A stretch of 64,000 bases of DNA from a bacterium (GTDB lineage: Bacteria; JADJOY01). This document shows positions 59,942 to 64,000 of this stretch, in pieces. The translations under genes were made by a program, and so were the position numbers. Under the pieces are notes generated by a model that saw nothing but the letters and a program-made list of their open reading frames with translations, was not told the DNA's origin and did not search any database. Within the stretch, counting starts at the first letter, position 1, and each line of letters starts with the position of its first letter. Location of the stretch: positions 1-64,000 of the forward strand of contig JAXLQJ010000045.1 of NCBI GenBank assembly GCA_046331705.1. The letters run 5' to 3'.

Positions 59942-60330
59942 CGGGGGGCTTTTCAAGCCCCCCGCCCGCCGTGGCAAAGCCACGGCGGGGCCCACCCCCA
60001 AGTCACTCGCTTCGCTCGCGGCTCGCCGCTGGCTCGCGGAGATATCGACGGCGCGCGTGGAGTCCGGGGCGCCTCTCCAATGCCGGGAGACGCAATCCGC
60101 GGCTTTTCAAGCCCCCCGCCCGCCACGGCAAAGCCGCGCCGAGGCCCGGGGCCCACCCCCAAGTCACTCGCTTCGCTCGCGGCTCGCCGCTGGCTCGCGG
60201 AGATATCGACGGCGCGCGTGGAGTCCGGGGCGCCTCTCCAATGCCGGGAGACGCAATCCGCGGCTTTTCAAGCCCCCCGCCCGCCACGGCAAGGCCGCGC
60301 CGGGGCCCACCCGAGGCGACTCGCTGCGAT
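59942..60330. repeat. Intergenic tandem REP/BIME-like repeat, about 2.4 copies of a 154-161 bp unit
   Basis: GGCTTTTCAAGCCCCCCGCCCGCC starts at 59947, 60101 and 60262. A ~110-bp core is identical in copies 1 and 2. Perfect hairpin CGGGGGGCTT-ttc-AAGCCCCCCG at 59942-59964. It lies between convergent genes. Confidence 0.9.
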
Positions 60331-60347
60331 CGTCGGCAAGCGAACGC

Positions 60348-61694
60348 TCAGGCGTTCACGGCGCGGGGGGCGGGGGCGTCGGGCTGGTCCTCTTCGGCGG
60401 CAGCGGCCTCGTCGCCCACCGGCAGCGTGACCACGAACGTGGCACCGGGGCCCGGCTCGGAATCGATCACCCGGATGTGGCCGCCGTGCTCTTCGACGAT
60501 GCGGAAGGCGATGGAGAGGCCGAGTCCCGTTCCTTGGCCCACGTCCCGCGTGGTGTAGAACGGATCGAAGACCTTCGATTTCACGCCGTCCGCGATCCCG
60601 GGACCGTTGTCGATCACCCGGATCTCGATCATCCCGTCGGCGGCGCGCGAGGTCTGCAGCCGCAGCGAGCCGCGGCCATCGATCCCCGTCATCGCCTGGA
60701 TGGCGTTGGTGCAGAGGTTGGCGAGCACCTGCGAGATCTGCCCCACGTCGAGCCAGGCCTCCGGCAGGCGCGGATCGAGCTCGGCGGCGAACGACACGCG
60801 CGCGATGCCCACCTCGTGCACCAGATGCTCGAGGGTGCTCTCCACGATCGCGTTCACGTCCACCCAGGTGCGATCCGGCTTGTGCAATCCCGCGAACGTC
60901 GTGAGCTTGGCCACGATCGCCTTGGCGCGCGCCCCGGCTCGCGCGATGTGCTCGAGGTGGCTGCGCACCACCGGCTCCAAGCTGGGCCGCGCGCTCAAGA
61001 GTTCCGCGAACCCGAGGATCCCGGTGAGCGGATTGTTGAGCTCGTGGGCGAGACCCGCGACCAGCATCCCCACCGCCGAGAGCTTCTCGTGCTGGACGAT
61101 CTGCTCCTCGGCGGCGCGTAGTCGGTCGTAGGCTTCCTGGGTCTCCGCCACCTGTCGCGCGAGCGCTTCCTCGGCGCGCTTGCGCTCGCTCACGTCCTGG
61201 ACGGTGCCCTCGTAATAGAGCAAGCGGCCGCGCGCGTCGCGCACGGCGCGCGCGTGCTCCGAGATCCAGATCACCGTGCCGTCGCGACGACGGATCTGCG
61301 ACTCGAAAGCGCTCACCGAGTCCTTCTCGGCCAAGCGTCGCTTGAACTCGGATCGCCGCTCGGCGTCGACGTAGATCTGGGTGCCGATGTCGGAGATGCC
61401 GGCGAGCAGATCGGAGGCTTTCTCGTAGCCGTACATCCGCGCCAACGCCGGGTTCGCGTACAGATAGTGGCCGTCGGGCGTGGTCTGGAAGATGCCCTCG
61501 ACGGCGTTCTCGAAGGCGCTGCGGAACTTCGCCTCGGCGCGCTCCAGCGCGCGCTTGAGCGCCTCCTGGCGGCGCTTCTCGCGAGGGCGCACGCGCTGCG
61601 CGCGACGCATGCGATCGGCGTTCTTGCGATCGGCGCGGGGTGATGCGGGAGTCGGGAGAGCTCGAGAGCGGGTGCCGCGGTTCGTGGAGGTCAT
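60348..61694 (-). CDS. PAS sensor histidine kinase (cytoplasmic)
   Basis: FENAVEGIFQTTPDG PAS; HELNNPL, NLCTNA, DNGPGI, FDPFYTT and GTGLGLS all canonical. Confidence 0.93.
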   Translation of the reverse strand: MTSTNRGTRSRALPTPASPRADRKNADRMRRAQRVRPREKRRQEALKRALERAEAKFRSAFENAVEGIFQTTPDGHYLYANPALARMYGYEKASDLLAGISDIGTQIYVDAERRSEFKRRLAEKDSVSAFESQIRRRDGTVIWISEHARAVRDARGRLLYYEGTVQDVSERKRAEEALARQVAETQEAYDRLRAAEEQIVQHEKLSAVGMLVAGLAHELNNPLTGILGFAELLSARPSLEPVVRSHLEHIARAGARAKAIVAKLTTFAGLHKPDRTWVDVNAIVESTLEHLVHEVGIARVSFAAELDPRLPEAWLDVGQISQVLANLCTNAIQAMTGIDGRGSLRLQTSRAADGMIEIRVIDNGPGIADGVKSKVFDPFYTTRDVGQGTGLGLSIAFRIVEEHGGHIRVIDSEPGPGATFVVTLPVGDEAAAAEEDQPDAPAPRAVNA

Positions 61695-61718
61695 CGACGT
61701 TTCATTCCTCCCGTGCCG

Positions 61719-63950
61719 TCACGAGTACATCACATCCGGCCACAGCGTGTCGGTGATCGCACGGCGCGCCGACTCGCGTTTCCAATACTCGGACTCGAGA
61801 TCGAGCGGCGCGGCGGTCGCCACCAGCGCGCGCAGCTCGGCCTCGAGCACCCCCACCACCGCGGGGTCCTCGACGATCGCGTTCACCTCGCGCTCCCAGT
61901 AGGACGCGGTGGCATCGAGGTTCGCCGAGCCCACGCTCGCCACCTCTCCGTCGGCGGTCACGACCTTCGCGTGGACGTAAGGCCGGACCGCGCCACCGCG
62001 CGCGACGAGGTACGGGCGCGGCCCGATCTGGACCTCGTAGACGTGCACGCCGCCGCGGATCAGCGGCTCGAATCGGCGCTTCGACATGTACTCGAAGAGC
62101 TCGCGGTGGATCGGGCCCTTGAAGAACGTGCCATCGGCGCGGCGTGGGATCGCGCAGCCGGTCAGGAAGTCGACGCGTACGCCGCGCTCGACCGCGCGCT
62201 TGAGCGCGGCGGCGAGCGTCGCCAGCACCGGGAAATCGTTCAGGATCAGCAGATGGTGGCGAGCGCCGAGGATGATCGCCTCGTAACCGAGCAGCGCGTT
62301 GGCGTCGGCGAGCCCGTCGTGGTGCACGATCCGCGCGCGCGACGAGCCCACTCGCGCGAGCGGCGGATACACCGCTTCGTCCTCGTCGACCTCGGCGCCG
62401 CGGTTGCGGCGCCAGTTCTCGAGGAACACGCGCTGCACCTCGGCGACCAGCGGCCCGCGGATCTCGAGGTGCGCATCGAGCCAGGGGATGCGCTCGTGGG
62501 ACGTCGTGTCGAGGATCGCGACCTCGTCGAAGCCCTCGTAGTACTCGTCGCCCGCGTTGCGGCCGCTCACGAAGGCGATCGCTCCGTCGACGATCACGAG
62601 CTTGCGGTGGTCGCGCTGCTTGAGGCGCACCGCGTCCACACCCTCGGCGAGCGTGATCGGATCGCTCGCCAGCACCTCCACGTTGGGCTCGCCGCTCAAG
62701 GCCTTGATGGAGGCGTTCTGCAGCCCGAGGACTTCCTGCCCGGAATAGAGCGCGTCGACCACGAAGCGCACACGCACTCCGCGACGCGCCGCGAGCACCA
62801 GCCGAGCCAGCAGCTGATCGGCGAAACGGCCTTCCCTGAGGATGTAGAACTGCGCGTGGATGGTGCGCTCGGCGCGCTCGACGGCGGCGAAGACCGCCTC
62901 GCGTGCGGCGCGATTGTCGAGCTCGCAGCGAATCTCGTTGCCTTCCACCAGGCGGCTGCCGGTCATGATGTCGAGGTTGCGCGTGAAGCGCACCTCGCGG
63001 CCGGCGGCATCGCGTTCCCGAACCATGCGCGTGGCGCGCGCGGCCAGCTCGCCGAGACGCTCCTCGTCCAAGAGGCTTTCCAGGTGCTCGAACGGCACCG
63101 CGGTGACGCCCCCCACCGACTCGAACGCGTCCACGCGCGCCGGGTCCACGACGGCGAGCACCACCGGCACGCCGAGCGCGCGCACGCGACGCAGCGTGCT
63201 GGCGGCGAAGATGTGCGCGAAATCGACCTGCAACGTGGGGAATCCGAGGTCCTCCGCGGGGTGGACGAGCGTGGCGCCGGCGGGCAACGCCTCGCGTTCC
63301 ACGATGGCGCGCAGATCGAGGGTGCGATCGAGCTCGTGGAGGTCGACGTAACAGAGCGCCCAGCCGCGGCGTGCCAGCTCGCGCAGCGGCTCCAGCGCCT
63401 CGCCCTGCGCGGAAACCAGCAGGCTCGCGTCGATGGCGGCCACGGGCTGAGCGGCGACCACCTGCAGCAGCCCGTACTCGCCCGGCTCGAGCGGCCGCAG
63501 GACGCGGCCCTTGCCCGAGAGCACCTCGTACGTGACGCGCTTCAACCCGGGCTTGGCCGGCACGTAGCTCAGGTGGGCGAGACCGCGCTCGTCGGTGCGC
63601 GCCTCGCCGACAGCGACGCCGTCGACGAGGAATCGCACGCTGCGGTCCGCCAGATCGGGGCCACCGCGATAGAGCGCCTCGACCTTGACCGAGAGCACGA
63701 CCTCGAAGCCCGCTGCCGCGATGCGGTCGCGCCCCGATTCCTGCACGAAGCGCAGCAGGCTGCGGCCGCCGCGCCATTGCTCGACGGCCTCCGTGACCCT
63801 GCGCACGGCTTCGTCGAAGGGGCGCTCGGCGACTCCCGCGTCGAGCCGAACCGAGGTGTCCGTGTCTTCCGGCGGCGTGGCTGCGGCGTCCCGTGTGAGG
63901 ACGCGCAGCACCTCGCTGATGCGGTCGGCCAGGTTCCGCTCAGCAGGCAT
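61719..63950 (-). CDS. Phospholipase D / cardiolipin-synthase-like protein with a long N-terminal extension
   Basis: Two HKD motifs (HRKLVIVDG...SGRN; HAKVVTADG...GSANLD) and a ~330-aa N-terminal region without TM. Confidence 0.88.
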   Translation of the reverse strand: MPAERNLADRISEVLRVLTRDAAATPPEDTDTSVRLDAGVAERPFDEAVRRVTEAVEQWRGGRSLLRFVQESGRDRIAAAGFEVVLSVKVEALYRGGPDLADRSVRFLVDGVAVGEARTDERGLAHLSYVPAKPGLKRVTYEVLSGKGRVLRPLEPGEYGLLQVVAAQPVAAIDASLLVSAQGEALEPLRELARRGWALCYVDLHELDRTLDLRAIVEREALPAGATLVHPAEDLGFPTLQVDFAHIFAASTLRRVRALGVPVVLAVVDPARVDAFESVGGVTAVPFEHLESLLDEERLGELAARATRMVRERDAAGREVRFTRNLDIMTGSRLVEGNEIRCELDNRAAREAVFAAVERAERTIHAQFYILREGRFADQLLARLVLAARRGVRVRFVVDALYSGQEVLGLQNASIKALSGEPNVEVLASDPITLAEGVDAVRLKQRDHRKLVIVDGAIAFVSGRNAGDEYYEGFDEVAILDTTSHERIPWLDAHLEIRGPLVAEVQRVFLENWRRNRGAEVDEDEAVYPPLARVGSSRARIVHHDGLADANALLGYEAIILGARHHLLILNDFPVLATLAAALKRAVERGVRVDFLTGCAIPRRADGTFFKGPIHRELFEYMSKRRFEPLIRGGVHVYEVQIGPRPYLVARGGAVRPYVHAKVVTADGEVASVGSANLDATASYWEREVNAIVEDPAVVGVLEAELRALVATAAPLDLESEYWKRESARRAITDTLWPDVMYS

Positions 63951-64000
63951 GTTCGTCGATCCAACCAGTCGCGTTCCAGAACCGTTGCGGTCTCCCCGCA

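Noticed and set aside
59942-60330. Possible CRISPR array
   Set aside because: The long segments are identical rather than unique spacers, the unit is about 155 bp, there are under 3 copies, and no cas genes are present.
55919-60430. 1503-aa plus-strand ORF, and similar long ORFs such as 48083..50881, 34278..36641, 53382..55757 and 22890..24998
   Set aside because: These are antisense or out-of-frame shadows of clear genes. Stop codons are scarce at this GC content, and the translations are Arg/Ala/Pro-rich without motifs.

Overview
Very GC-rich (about 70% by eye), gene-dense bacterial chromosomal DNA. The gene content (sigma54-driven type IV pilin, PilZ, RRM protein, KirBac channel, DUF3015/DUF4105, FmdB) suggests a Myxococcota/deltaproteobacteria-like organism, which is an inference. 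About 50 CDSs are present, mostly housekeeping, envelope, transport and signalling genes: a NitT/TauT-type ABC pair, LLM oxidoreductase, mtgA, hemH, a MacAB/FtsX-type ABC exporter, pssA-like, AI-2E, ybbN, PiT+DUF47, DUF2339/DUF3999, pilin, folK, ECF41 sigma, pyk, VapBC, KirBac, ALDH, a MenB/BadI-like crotonase, two histidine kinases and a PLD. I found no rRNA, tRNA, CRISPR array, integrase or transposase. Most long ORFs in the supplied track are antisense or out-of-frame shadows. The most unusual signals are: (1) a nitrilase-fold domain with all three catalytic residues replaced, fused to an intact heptose-1-phosphate adenylyltransferase at the head of an operon with an exported GH57-like enzyme; (2) a degenerate pseudo-histidine kinase near an intact paralogue; (3) an unnamed C-terminal domain apparently shared by two membrane-anchored proteins 20 kb apart; (4) a PLD with an Ig-like plus degenerate HAD-like N-terminus; (5) a ~1.7 kb patch where three adjacent genes are shredded by indels, most likely an assembly artefact; (6) several readable regulatory sites and a REP-like tandem repeat. 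Family names come from motif recognition by eye; no database searches were run. I cannot claim a confirmed novel system.
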